Below the pieces are notes generated by a model. The model did not search any database. It saw nothing but the letters and a program-made list of their open reading frames with translations, and was not told where the DNA came from. Position numbers and translations under genes: made by a program. DNA of 64,000 bases. It comes from Vulcanimicrobiota bacterium (GTDB taxonomy: Bacteria; Vulcanimicrobiota; Vulcanimicrobiia; Vulcanimicrobiales; Vulcanimicrobiaceae). The stretch covers positions 96,001-160,000 of the forward strand of contig CAWAXX010000018.1 in NCBI GenBank assembly GCA_963786105.1. Direction: 5' to 3'. This document shows, piece by piece, positions 1-9,263 of this stretch. How positions within the stretch are numbered: position 1 is the first letter of the stretch; every line of letters begins with the position of its first letter.

Positions 1-447
1 GAAGCCAGGCTTGGCGTCGATGCCATCCGAGCGGTGTTCGCGCCGCATCGCCCGTACTTACACGCACATTTCCTGTTGGCGCGCGCACACTGGTGTTTCC
101 GTTTTGGCGAACGTGCCGATGCGATCGACAGCGCCGGCGACGCCGCGCGAGCCTTCGACGCAATGGGTTTGCGGCGCTGGACCGACGACGCCATGTTGTT
201 GCTGGTCCATCAGGAGGGCGCCGGCGAATCGCACCGGCGCCGGCGCCCGTCGGCGCTTTCGCTGACGGGACGCGAACAACAAGTCGCGCATCTGATCCGG
301 CGCGGAGCGTCCAACCGCGAAGTCGCCCGCACGCTGCAAATCAGCGAGCATACGGTCGAGCGGCACGTGAGCTCGATCCTCTCCCGGCTCGGATTGCGAT
401 CGCGCTGGCAGATCGTCGACGCGCGAAATGCCGGTAACGAACATTAA
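1..447 (+). CDS. LuxR-family HTH transcriptional regulator, C-terminal part (5' truncated by the window; probably a large MalT/LAL-like protein)
   Basis: Frame +1 is open from base 1. C-terminus LTGREQQVAHLIRRGASNREVARTLQISEHTVERHVSSILSRLG is a classic LuxR HTH, preceded by a helical Ala-rich region. Confidence 0.9.
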   Translation, partial: EARLGVDAIRAVFAPHRPYLHAHFLLARAHWCFRFGERADAIDSAGDAARAFDAMGLRRWTDDAMLLLVHQEGAGESHRRRRPSALSLTGREQQVAHLIRRGASNREVARTLQISEHTVERHVSSILSRLGLRSRWQIVDARNAGNEH

Positions 448-500
448 GAATCGGTAGAATTGATTAAGGCAACGTAATTGCACCCGCTAGTGCATTAACG
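443..500. promoter_or_regulatory. Putative operator/promoter region of the TonB-receptor operon
   Basis: AT-rich patch with 10-nt phased TTAA/GTAG/TTAA/GTAA at 444, 454, 464 and 474, and a palindrome TGCAC-N6-GTGCA at 479-494. Confidence 0.4.
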
Positions 501-624
501 ATGTCTGCCGAGCCCCGGGATGCGGGGGCACCCGGCATCCCCTAGCATCGAGGTAAGAAGCGTCGGTTCATCTACCGCCTCTTGCGTTGCTGTGGAGTTG
601 TCGTTGATCAGAGCCCTGCTTCGG

Positions 625-3600
625 GTGAAGAAACTCGTAGTGTTCCTCGGCTTCGTCGTCATGGCATTCCCCCACTCGGTAATGGCTGAAACGGCCGGGA
701 TCATTTCGGGCACGGTAACCGACGATCGCACGCACGCCCCGGTGGCCGGGGTGGCGGTGGTGGCCAAATCGCCGAGCGCAACGTACCGCACGGTGACCGA
801 TTCGCGAGGTCAGTTTCGCTTTTTGAGCGTGCTGCCCGACAACTACTCGCTGTCGTTTTCTCACGCCGGGTACGCACCCTACTCGACCCTCGTCGTCGTC
901 CTCAACGGCTCGCAGCAGACGGTCAACGCGGCGATATCGACGTCGTTGCGAACGATCGCCGTCACCCACGCTCGCTCCGCCGGTAGCGCGTTCCAGCACG
1001 GGATGACGATCGACACCTACACGGTAACGGGCCAGCAGATCACGATGGTGCAAGGCAAAGAGTTCAACACCGATCAGAACCAGCTGCTGCGTAGCATTCC
1101 AAGCGTCACCATCGACAAATCCGGAACGGTCTCGATTCGCGGCGGGTTTGCCTTCGAAGCCGCCTATGAGTTCGAGGGCATCGACTACACGACGCCGTCG
1201 GCCAACTTGCAGAACACGCTGCAGAACGTCGGCAACTTCAATCTTCTCAATGGCGTCGGTGCCGTGCAGCTGATTCCCGGCGGCGGCGACGCCACTCACG
1301 GAAATACCGGCACCGGGCTGGTGCTGTTCACCGCCAAGCACGGCACGTTTCCGACCTACGTGCACGCCGACCTCGAAGCCCAGATGTTTCCGTATTTGCA
1401 TCAACTGGGGTTGGAGTGGGGCTGGGCCGATCCCAAACAGCATCTGTCGAACTACGCCGGCTTTATCGGCGTGCGCAAAAACTATCAGTACGGCATCCCG
1501 GGTACGGCAGCCAACACGCTCGGGACGCTCGGTACGAACGCGGCCACCCTCGGCAGCGTGATCGACCCGAACTTGGTCTACTACGCGCCCTCGTATCTGT
1601 CGTCCAACGACTTCGTCGATAATCTGATCTATCGCTTCGGAAAGAACCAGAGCCAGCGGCTGCAGTTATTCATTCAAGACCAGCAGATCACGCAGAAACT
1701 CGACTACGGCGGCTTCCAGTTTCTGCCCTACATTTCCGGCGGAAACACCTCCGGCAAATGCGCGAGATATCCGGTAATCGGTCAGAACGGAATACCGGTC
1801 AACAGCTCGCAGCAGAACTTTGCCTGTAACTCGTTGATTCCGCTGTTTCCCGGCCAGCCCAATACCTACTCGTTCGTCTCGCAGCCCGACGAGCTGCAGA
1901 GTCCGTTCCTAGCCTATAAGTTCGAGTACGGCGCGAACATCGGCTCGTCGTCGCTGCTGACGGCCCGCTTTTACCGTACGTTCATCGAGCAGTCGCAGAA
2001 CATGCCGGCGCAAGGCATTTTCGCCTCTCCGTATGGCGGCTTCCGGACGGCCGGTCAGATCGATACCGTTACGCAAATCGGCAGCAAGAATACGTTTAAG
2101 GCCGGCGCGATCTACACGTACGCGCGGCCCTTCGGCGATCGCTTTGACTTTACGTCGTATACCGCGTTTACCGCTCCCGCGTTCATCGTGCAGTATGCCA
2201 TCACGCATCCCAATCAGCCGCTCCCGCTCCCGTATACCTACACGGGACTTCTGCCCAACACCAACCCCAGCACGCAGCAAGGGCTGGAAGAGGATTTCTT
2301 TTCGCAATCCCAATGCCAGCAATTGCGTCTGTCTTCGGGTTGCGGATATTTGAGTTCGTACTTTCCAAAAGGCGTCCGGTTTCCTTACGAACACGACGTT
2401 CCAACCGTCGGCCAGCAGACCTATGGCTTGTACCTGCAAGACACGGTCGACATGTCGATTAAGTGGAAGACCGAACTCGGACTGCGCTACGACGGTTATA
2501 ACTTTCAAATCCCAACCGACCCGGGCAGTCCGCCCAGCATCGCGGCGGTCGCCCATCAGCGCCAGCTCGAGCCCCACCTCGATATCTCCTACGCGCCCGA
2601 TCCGCGCGATACGATTCGTTTCGGCTTCGGGCACACGCTGTCGGTGCCGCTTCCGAGCCAGCTTGGTGCCAACGTCAGTCGCGATCCATACCAAGCGTTT
2701 CTCGGAATCCCGTCGTACGACAACACGACCGGACAGGCAGCCCAATACTGTGGTCCGCACGCTAACCAAACGTGCACGAACTACGCTAATCAGTTGTATT
2801 GGCTCACCCGCGACTATCGTTTCGGCAGTTCCACGCTGGAAGCACCGCTGGTGGGCGCAACGTTTACCAACGTCGATTTGTCCTGGGCGCACGAGTTCAA
2901 AGACGGGGCCGCCGTCAAGGTGACGCCGTTCTACCGGCGCGGCTACAACGTCATCGAGCAAACCGCGCAGATCATCGGCTTCAACTTCGACACCGGCACG
3001 CCGGTCTACGGCAACATCGCGTACTCGAATCTGGGAATTCAAAAGGCGACCGGCGTCGAGTTACTCTACACGAAAGAGGCACCGCTCGGGCTCTCGATGC
3101 AGATCGGCGCCACGTACATCAGTCAGTTCGGCAACGAGCCGCCCGGTGCGTTCTTGCAGCCGGCAGCGCTGGCGTTGGGCGTGACCTACCGTTCGCCCGA
3201 CTTATCGCCCTTTCAGATGAACGCCGCCTTCAACTATAAGACCGCGCACGGCTGGCGGATCAATCCGGTCATCGGGTTCAACGTCGGCTATCCGTACGGC
3301 GGCGGCTACTACACCGCCGTGTACTGCAACGGGATTCCGGTTATCGTCGCCAGCTCGAGCTTGTCGACGATCTTCTCGCAAACGCCCGGGTACATCGATC
3401 CCCTCAATCCCGGAACCTGCACCAAACCCAACATCGCCGCCACCCGCGGCATTCACGAACCGGGATTGCCCGGCGGACTGCTCACGACGCCGCGCGTCAA
3501 CGCCGATCTCACCGTCGAGTACAGTCCGGTGACCACCCGGCTTGCCAAATCCGTCTTCGGATTACAAGTCAAGAATTTGTTCAATCAGCTCTACAACGTG

Positions 3601-3786
3601 CCGGTCGTGAACGGGTGCTACGGTACGCCGGTTACGACGGGCTTGACCAGCGGCACCGCGCCGTGCACCTACCAAACACCTCAGTACGCGCCGCCCGACG
3701 TGACCGCGCACGGTTCGCAGCCCTACCTTACGTATCCCAACGAGCCGCCCATCTCGTTTCGCCTCTACTATCAGGTGTCGATATGA
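625..3786 (+). CDS. TonB-dependent outer-membrane receptor with N-terminal carboxypeptidase-regulatory-like domain
   Basis: Signal peptide (M)KKLVVFLGFVVMAFPHSVMA from GTG 625 (TTG 604 also possible). GIISGTVTD...TDSRGQFRF...Y domain, plug motif LLRSIPSV...SIRGG, barrel motifs LYLQDT, LGLRYD, VKNLFNQ, and C-terminal strand FRLYYQVSI. Confidence 0.9.
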   Translation: MKKLVVFLGFVVMAFPHSVMAETAGIISGTVTDDRTHAPVAGVAVVAKSPSATYRTVTDSRGQFRFLSVLPDNYSLSFSHAGYAPYSTLVVVLNGSQQTVNAAISTSLRTIAVTHARSAGSAFQHGMTIDTYTVTGQQITMVQGKEFNTDQNQLLRSIPSVTIDKSGTVSIRGGFAFEAAYEFEGIDYTTPSANLQNTLQNVGNFNLLNGVGAVQLIPGGGDATHGNTGTGLVLFTAKHGTFPTYVHADLEAQMFPYLHQLGLEWGWADPKQHLSNYAGFIGVRKNYQYGIPGTAANTLGTLGTNAATLGSVIDPNLVYYAPSYLSSNDFVDNLIYRFGKNQSQRLQLFIQDQQITQKLDYGGFQFLPYISGGNTSGKCARYPVIGQNGIPVNSSQQNFACNSLIPLFPGQPNTYSFVSQPDELQSPFLAYKFEYGANIGSSSLLTARFYRTFIEQSQNMPAQGIFASPYGGFRTAGQIDTVTQIGSKNTFKAGAIYTYARPFGDRFDFTSYTAFTAPAFIVQYAITHPNQPLPLPYTYTGLLPNTNPSTQQGLEEDFFSQSQCQQLRLSSGCGYLSSYFPKGVRFPYEHDVPTVGQQTYGLYLQDTVDMSIKWKTELGLRYDGYNFQIPTDPGSPPSIAAVAHQRQLEPHLDISYAPDPRDTIRFGFGHTLSVPLPSQLGANVSRDPYQAFLGIPSYDNTTGQAAQYCGPHANQTCTNYANQLYWLTRDYRFGSSTLEAPLVGATFTNVDLSWAHEFKDGAAVKVTPFYRRGYNVIEQTAQIIGFNFDTGTPVYGNIAYSNLGIQKATGVELLYTKEAPLGLSMQIGATYISQFGNEPPGAFLQPAALALGVTYRSPDLSPFQMNAAFNYKTAHGWRINPVIGFNVGYPYGGGYYTAVYCNGIPVIVASSSLSTIFSQTPGYIDPLNPGTCTKPNIAATRGIHEPGLPGGLLTTPRVNADLTVEYSPVTTRLAKSVFGLQVKNLFNQLYNVPVVNGCYGTPVTTGLTSGTAPCTYQTPQYAPPDVTAHGSQPYLTYPNEPPISFRLYYQVSI

Positions 3787-4979
3787 CGATTACACGACTT
3801 TTTCTCGCCGGCATCGTTGCAGGCATCGCCGTACCGCTAGTGGCCGGGTGCGGCAACGGGGGTGCCTCGGAGCCGCCGGTGACGTCGCTCGATCCGGCAG
3901 CCAACAGTAAGCTGCAGTTCGCGGTCGGTATGGCCACCATCGCCTCAAACGGCGGCAACAGCGTCGCTTATGGACTCAACACCGTTCTGACGCTGCGCCA
4001 ATCCGACGGATTGTCGGGCGTGCTGTACAGCATTCCGCAAATCCTCGGACCGTCAAGTTTCGACGTGCTCGTCTCGACCCAAACCGGCAACGACGTTCAG
4101 TCGGCCGGCGCCGACCTCGGCACCAACCACATCACCTGGGGAACGCTCAATCAACTGCAATGGACCGGGCAGCCGCGCGGAATTAAGGCCGCGACCACCG
4201 GTGCTTTCGGCTACGGCTTCTGCCCGTGCAACTCCGACGCCGGGCCGGTCAACGGGACGGCTCCCGTGTATCAAGCATTCAACCTTCCCGTCTACGGCAA
4301 CAACGAAGAAACTTTCTACGGAGGGCCGCCGGCGTTTCCGGCCGCCGATCCGGCAGTGCTCGCACTGGGATGGCAAGGCTATTCGCTGGGCTTCACCGAC
4401 TTTGCCGTGCAGCCGGTCATCGGTACGTACCGCTTGTACGCCGCCGTTCCGCCGGCGTACACCACTCCGCAGAATCCCACGCCCAGCCCCGATCCCAACG
4501 GTTCGCCAACGCCGGCACCCGGCGTTCTTGCGGCCTCCGCCCAGCTCACCAAGCTCACACCGTTACCAGTGTTCTCTACGCCGACCTTTACGCCCGATGG
4601 TAAAGGCGGCGGTACGGTAAGCGTGCACGTTCCCAAGGCGGCCACCGAGGCGATGATAATCGTGCGCGCGTTTGGACACAGCGGCACCGGTAACTGCGTC
4701 CTCGCCCATACGAGCGATGCTTTCTACACGCTGATCACCAAACACGCGACCTTCGCGCAGTTGCCGTTGCCAGACAACATCGGTCCGCAAACCAGCTCCG
4801 GACAACCCAGCGCGACGCTCTGTCCGAAGAGCACGTACCAAATCTTTGCCGCCGGCACCGACTACCCGGCCTACGAAGCGGCCTATCCGCAAAACCTTTC
4901 GCAACAGCCGCCAATCCGTGGATCCAACGGACAGGCCGACGTGACGACGTCCGACATCCTCAATGGAGCCTATCCATGA
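3783..4979 (+). CDS. Hypothetical lipoprotein
   Basis: ATGA overlap with the receptor stop. Lipobox LVAG-C. Pro/Gly/Thr-rich with several Cys. Confidence 0.8.
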   Translation: MTITRLFLAGIVAGIAVPLVAGCGNGGASEPPVTSLDPAANSKLQFAVGMATIASNGGNSVAYGLNTVLTLRQSDGLSGVLYSIPQILGPSSFDVLVSTQTGNDVQSAGADLGTNHITWGTLNQLQWTGQPRGIKAATTGAFGYGFCPCNSDAGPVNGTAPVYQAFNLPVYGNNEETFYGGPPAFPAADPAVLALGWQGYSLGFTDFAVQPVIGTYRLYAAVPPAYTTPQNPTPSPDPNGSPTPAPGVLAASAQLTKLTPLPVFSTPTFTPDGKGGGTVSVHVPKAATEAMIIVRAFGHSGTGNCVLAHTSDAFYTLITKHATFAQLPLPDNIGPQTSSGQPSATLCPKSTYQIFAAGTDYPAYEAAYPQNLSQQPPIRGSNGQADVTTSDILNGAYP

Positions 4980-7039
4980 CATCCGACCGAACGTTTGCGC
5001 GTTTCGCCGTCGCATGTTCCGCGGCGATTTCTCTGTGCGTCATGACGGCCTGCGGCGGCTCGCCGAACACGCCCAACGGATCCTTCGTCGGTTCACCCGG
5101 CGGCTCGGATCCGCCGCCTACGCAGCTCGTCGGCGTGAATCTCACGGTGACGATTCCGGCCGGCAGCGGCAGGTCGCGAACGCACTCGGGCATGTCGCCG
5201 GGTTACGTTTCGACGGCGACGCAGTCGCTCGCGATCCAGCTCGCTTCGGTCAACGGTGGCGGAGTTAGCGGCATCAACGCCTCGATCGTCGATACGCGGC
5301 CAAAATCGCCGCGTTGCAGCGCACGCGGCGGCGCAACCGTCTGCGAGGCCGTAATTTCCGGCTCACCGGGAAGCGACGTCTTTAGCGTCACCACCTACGA
5401 CGGCCTCAACGCCACCGGTTCAGTGCTGTCGGTCGGTAGCGTTTCGGCGCACATCGGCTCCGGCGGCGGGGGCGTCGGCATCAACAACCTACTATCGCTC
5501 GACCTCAACGGGGTCATCGCCGGGCTCAAACTCTCGCTTTCGCCCAACAACGCCAAACGCGGGAAGGCGCTGGACGCGGCGGTAGCACTCTCGGCCTACG
5601 ACGCAGCCGGCGCGCAAATAATCGGCAACAGCGACTACGAAACGCCGATTACGCTGACCGTTCAGGGCGACTCCACGAGTTCATTTACGCTGCATGCGCC
5701 GGGCCAATCCGGCTCGTCGCTCTCGATCACCAAACCGATGTCGGGCCTTTCCCTGAGCTACGACGGAAACAAACAGGCGTCGTCGATCACCGTTCAGGCG
5801 GGTGTCAACAATACGGGGACCGTCAACGCACCCTTTACGCTCCACGGGCACGTCCCGCCGCCGCCGGTCGGCACGATCTACGCATTGAATCTCGGCACGA
5901 CCGACGGGCGCGGCGCGACCGTCACCGAGTACGACGGCAAAGCCAACGGCAACGCCGCCCCGCTCCGCACGCTGAATCTGGATGGGAAGATGTACGCGCG
6001 CAGCATCGCCGTGGATGCGTCCGGCAATTTATACGTCGGCTACTTCAGCAGCAAGAACTCTCTCGGATTCTTGCCGTCGAACGGGCAGCCGGATACCGGC
6101 AACGTCGTAGCGGTCTTCGCCCCGGGCGCGAGCGGAAGCGATCAGCCAACGGCAATTCTGACTAGCGACAAGAGCACGCAGTCGGCACTGTTCCCGCTCT
6201 ACACCGCCTTCAACGCCTCGGGAGGCTTGGTGGTGTACGGCGCGACGGCCGTCGACGGCAACGATGGTAGCGACGCGGCACTCACGTACGCCGCCGGCGC
6301 TTCCGGTGCCGCCACACCGATGCACGGCTGGAACTTCGCGAGCCCGACGATTCGTTACGCCGGACCGACCGGACTCACGCTCGATGCCGGCGGCAACTTC
6401 TACGTTGCCGGCGCGCTGAGCACGTCACTCGGCCCGAAATACGGCATCTTCGTCGCGTCGGCGGCCGACGTCGGCAATCCGCAAGCCAATCCCGCGCGCA
6501 CGATCCCGTGGGACGACAACACGGAGCTCGCGCCGGGTTTCACCGTCAACGTGGGTCTCGATTCGAGCAGCGAAGTGGTCGTGGCCAATGCGCTGCTGAA
6601 CGTCAGCGGCAGCAACATATCTTGCCAAGGCCGTGCCAACGTCTTCGCGGCCGGCGCGAATGGGGGAACCACCGACGTTCCGCCGCTTCGCGTGCTGACG
6701 CTGCAGGGAATCTTCACGCAAAACGCGCTGTGCGCGCGGCCCGGCACGCCGCTTCAGCCGTTCTTCCCGACGCTGGCGATGTATGCAAATACCCTGTTCG
6801 TCGCGGACGACTTCAACAACGCGCTCGCCGCATTTCCTTCGACCCACGGCGGCACCGTGACGCCGACGCAGCGCATCGCCGGCTCGGCGACCGGCCTCAA
6901 CGCGCCGATCGCCGTGGTCGTCTCACCCCTTTCCGGTCTGGCTGCGGCCCGGCCGGCAACCGGCCGCTCTCAAAGTGTGCCGTCGTTCGTACGCACCAAC
7001 CCACACGTCACACGTTCGATAAGGATGAATACACCATGA
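4976..7039 (+). CDS. Hypothetical lipoprotein with Ig-like N-terminal region and NHL/beta-propeller-like repeats
   Basis: ATGA overlap. Lipobox MTA-C. Repeats SIAVDASGNLYV, GLTLDAGGNFYV, VGLDSSSEVVV, and IAGSATGLNAPIAV. Confidence 0.8.
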   Translation: MTSDRTFARFAVACSAAISLCVMTACGGSPNTPNGSFVGSPGGSDPPPTQLVGVNLTVTIPAGSGRSRTHSGMSPGYVSTATQSLAIQLASVNGGGVSGINASIVDTRPKSPRCSARGGATVCEAVISGSPGSDVFSVTTYDGLNATGSVLSVGSVSAHIGSGGGGVGINNLLSLDLNGVIAGLKLSLSPNNAKRGKALDAAVALSAYDAAGAQIIGNSDYETPITLTVQGDSTSSFTLHAPGQSGSSLSITKPMSGLSLSYDGNKQASSITVQAGVNNTGTVNAPFTLHGHVPPPPVGTIYALNLGTTDGRGATVTEYDGKANGNAAPLRTLNLDGKMYARSIAVDASGNLYVGYFSSKNSLGFLPSNGQPDTGNVVAVFAPGASGSDQPTAILTSDKSTQSALFPLYTAFNASGGLVVYGATAVDGNDGSDAALTYAAGASGAATPMHGWNFASPTIRYAGPTGLTLDAGGNFYVAGALSTSLGPKYGIFVASAADVGNPQANPARTIPWDDNTELAPGFTVNVGLDSSSEVVVANALLNVSGSNISCQGRANVFAAGANGGTTDVPPLRVLTLQGIFTQNALCARPGTPLQPFFPTLAMYANTLFVADDFNNALAAFPSTHGGTVTPTQRIAGSATGLNAPIAVVVSPLSGLAAARPATGRSQSVPSFVRTNPHVTRSIRMNTP

Positions 7040-8460
7040 ATAAGGCCCTTGCTACCATGACCATGGCCATGGCCGCCATCCCCGCGCTGTTGCTCAGCGC
7101 GTGTAATGGAAACAGCCAGTCAGGAGTAGCTTCGTTACCAAATGCCGCCGGCGTATCGACGCAGTCGAACGCGCAAGGCGGACACCGCTTGCATCATAAC
7201 GACAATGGCCCGCAAGACCTACATGCGGGCGGCGCAACCTTCCCCGCTTACGGCTACAATCTCGCCAGTCAGCCGGTTGGACTCTATAGCGGCCCGCAAG
7301 CACCTCCCGGAACCGGCTCGCTCTTTGACGCTGCACCGACGACCGGCACGATCTACTACTGTCTCACCGGAAGCGGCGCCGGCCGCAAGCAGTTTGACGG
7401 CGACCCGGCGAGGCTCCCAGGCAACGCCGCTTGCGCCGGACTCGGCGACACGCCGACCGGATTCGGCGGCCGTGGTGAACCGCTCGACTTCCTCGGCAGC
7501 GACGTCATGCTGATCTCGACCGAATACGCAACCTACGCGGCAAATCGCAAAGCCACGCAAGGCGAACCGTTCATCTTCCCGACCATCGGCGGACCGATCG
7601 TCTACGGATTCCGGCCGAAGGATATTAACCATGCCGTCCAACTCTCGCGGTGGAGCTACTGCGCCATCGCCAACGGCACCGTCGGCGACTGGAACGATCC
7701 CGCACTGACCGCCGACAATGGCTCCTCGCTCACCGGCGGCGTGTCGGAGCCGATGACCTTCTACTACCGTTCCGACGGCAGTGGCACCAGCCAAATCTAC
7801 CAGAATCACCTCAGCACGGTGTGTACCGCCAGCTGGCCGGCGCCGTACAACGCGCCGCCGTACGAATCCTCGGGTCACAGCGCGGCCTGGACCTTCGGAC
7901 AGGGCCCGAACTGGCTCGGACCGACGGGACACCAATCCTCCGGTAGCACCTTCGTCGGCGCCAGCGGCAACCCGGGCGTTCTCGCCGGCATCCAATCCAC
8001 GCCGTGGGGCACCGGTTATGTCGAAGGCGCTTATGCCAAGTCGGCCAACCCGAAAGTCAGCCAAGCGCTTCTGCAAAACGGTGCGAACTTCATAAACCCG
8101 ACGAATAAGGCGTCCGTCGTCGCCGCCCTGAAGCCGGTCACCAAATCGGCCATCACGTACGGCGGATGCAGCGACGGCGTCGCGTGCGGCAGTTCTAAGC
8201 CGAAATGCATCCTCTACGTCAGCCTCAGCCACGTCCAATCGCCGCCGGCCGGTGCGTATCCGATCGTCGGCTTCAGTTACATGATGTTCTACGGCCAAAA
8301 CAACGCCCACTACTCCGACGACAAGAAACTCATTGCGTTCATCGCGTCGACCAGCGCCAACTCGATTATCGGTAAACTCGAGTACGCGCCTCTGAGTAAA
8401 TCCATCCACACGGCCATCAACAACGCCCTCAACGGAACCAGCCCCTGCCTCAATCCATAA
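7036..8460 (+). CDS. PstS/DING-family phosphate-binding lipoprotein
   Basis: ATGA overlap, SD AAGGA, lipobox LSA-C. Motifs GGATFP, TGSGAG, GSD, YRSDGSGTS, SGNPGV, GYVE, AYPIVGFSY. Segment LSRWSYCAIANGTVGDW is DING-like. Confidence 0.85.
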   Translation: MNKALATMTMAMAAIPALLLSACNGNSQSGVASLPNAAGVSTQSNAQGGHRLHHNDNGPQDLHAGGATFPAYGYNLASQPVGLYSGPQAPPGTGSLFDAAPTTGTIYYCLTGSGAGRKQFDGDPARLPGNAACAGLGDTPTGFGGRGEPLDFLGSDVMLISTEYATYAANRKATQGEPFIFPTIGGPIVYGFRPKDINHAVQLSRWSYCAIANGTVGDWNDPALTADNGSSLTGGVSEPMTFYYRSDGSGTSQIYQNHLSTVCTASWPAPYNAPPYESSGHSAAWTFGQGPNWLGPTGHQSSGSTFVGASGNPGVLAGIQSTPWGTGYVEGAYAKSANPKVSQALLQNGANFINPTNKASVVAALKPVTKSAITYGGCSDGVACGSSKPKCILYVSLSHVQSPPAGAYPIVGFSYMMFYGQNNAHYSDDKKLIAFIASTSANSIIGKLEYAPLSKSIHTAINNALNGTSPCLNP

Positions 8461-8471
8461 TCTCGCAGACG

Positions 8472-9263
8472 ATGCGTTGGTCACTCACGCGTGCCGCATT
8501 CCGGTGCGGCACGCGTGCGCTCTTTATTGCGGTCCTGAGCGCGACGCTGGCGTTAGGCGGATGCAATTCGAGTAGCAACAACACACCGTCGAGCGGTGCG
8601 ACGAAGGCCCAAGTGCGGTTCGTCGAGGGCGCGCCCTCGCTCGAAACGTTGATCAACGGCGCACCCACCGACATCGGAACCTCGGCGTATCTGACCGTCA
8701 ACGGTGCGACCGTCGCCACCTCGTTTCTCTACGGCAGCCGAACGCCGTTCGTGCCGGTTCCCGCCGGCGTTCTTTCGCTTACCGCGTTGAACAGCTTGGG
8801 ATACGCGGTCGGTCCGGTGAAGACGACCGCGGCTTTGACGGCCGCTAAGAGCTATACGGTCGTCTTGCTCGGAGCGTATCCAAACTACCGCGCGCTAACG
8901 TACGAGGAGCCGCCGAGCACCGGTAACGCCACACTTGCGCTCTACGAAGCGTCGCCGTCGTTTCCGTCGGCCGATTTCGGCCGCTTTTCGGCATCGAGCC
9001 GTTCGAACTTCAAAAAACTTGGAACGGCCCGGCTCGGCAGCGTCGTAACCGTTTCGCTCGGCAAGAGCGTGTCGAACCTCGGCGGGTACGTCGGCACCGG
9101 CACCAAGCCGCTCTTCAACGGTACGGTGACGCCGAGCAGCGTCGACGCCTTCGACACCACCAATGCTTTGCCGTTCAACAATGCGAACCGCCTTTCGCTG
9201 TTCGTGTTCGATCCGAAGCCCGGGAGCTTCGTCGGACCCGTTGTCGGGAGTCTCGACCAATGA
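8472..9263 (+). CDS. DUF4397-like lipoprotein
   Basis: Lipobox LGG-C. AQVRFVEGAP...LTAAKSYTVV and a second repeat LALYEASPS match the DUF4397 pattern. Confidence 0.7.
   Translation: MRWSLTRAAFRCGTRALFIAVLSATLALGGCNSSSNNTPSSGATKAQVRFVEGAPSLETLINGAPTDIGTSAYLTVNGATVATSFLYGSRTPFVPVPAGVLSLTALNSLGYAVGPVKTTAALTAAKSYTVVLLGAYPNYRALTYEEPPSTGNATLALYEASPSFPSADFGRFSASSRSNFKKLGTARLGSVVTVSLGKSVSNLGGYVGTGTKPLFNGTVTPSSVDAFDTTNALPFNNANRLSLFVFDPKPGSFVGPVVGSLDQ

Noticed and set aside
505..545. Resemblance to c-di-AMP (GCCGA...CGGGGG.ACCC) or cobalamin riboswitch upstream of the receptor
   Set aside because: No GGGGTGAATC or CCCGTCAGCTAAC half, and no B12-box/GCCACTG elements.
520..624. ATG 520 start and 35-aa extension of the receptor (likewise extensions at 3615, 6508, 23772, 39351, 57360)
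   Set aside because: Signal peptides, SD positions and stop/start overlaps support the downstream starts.
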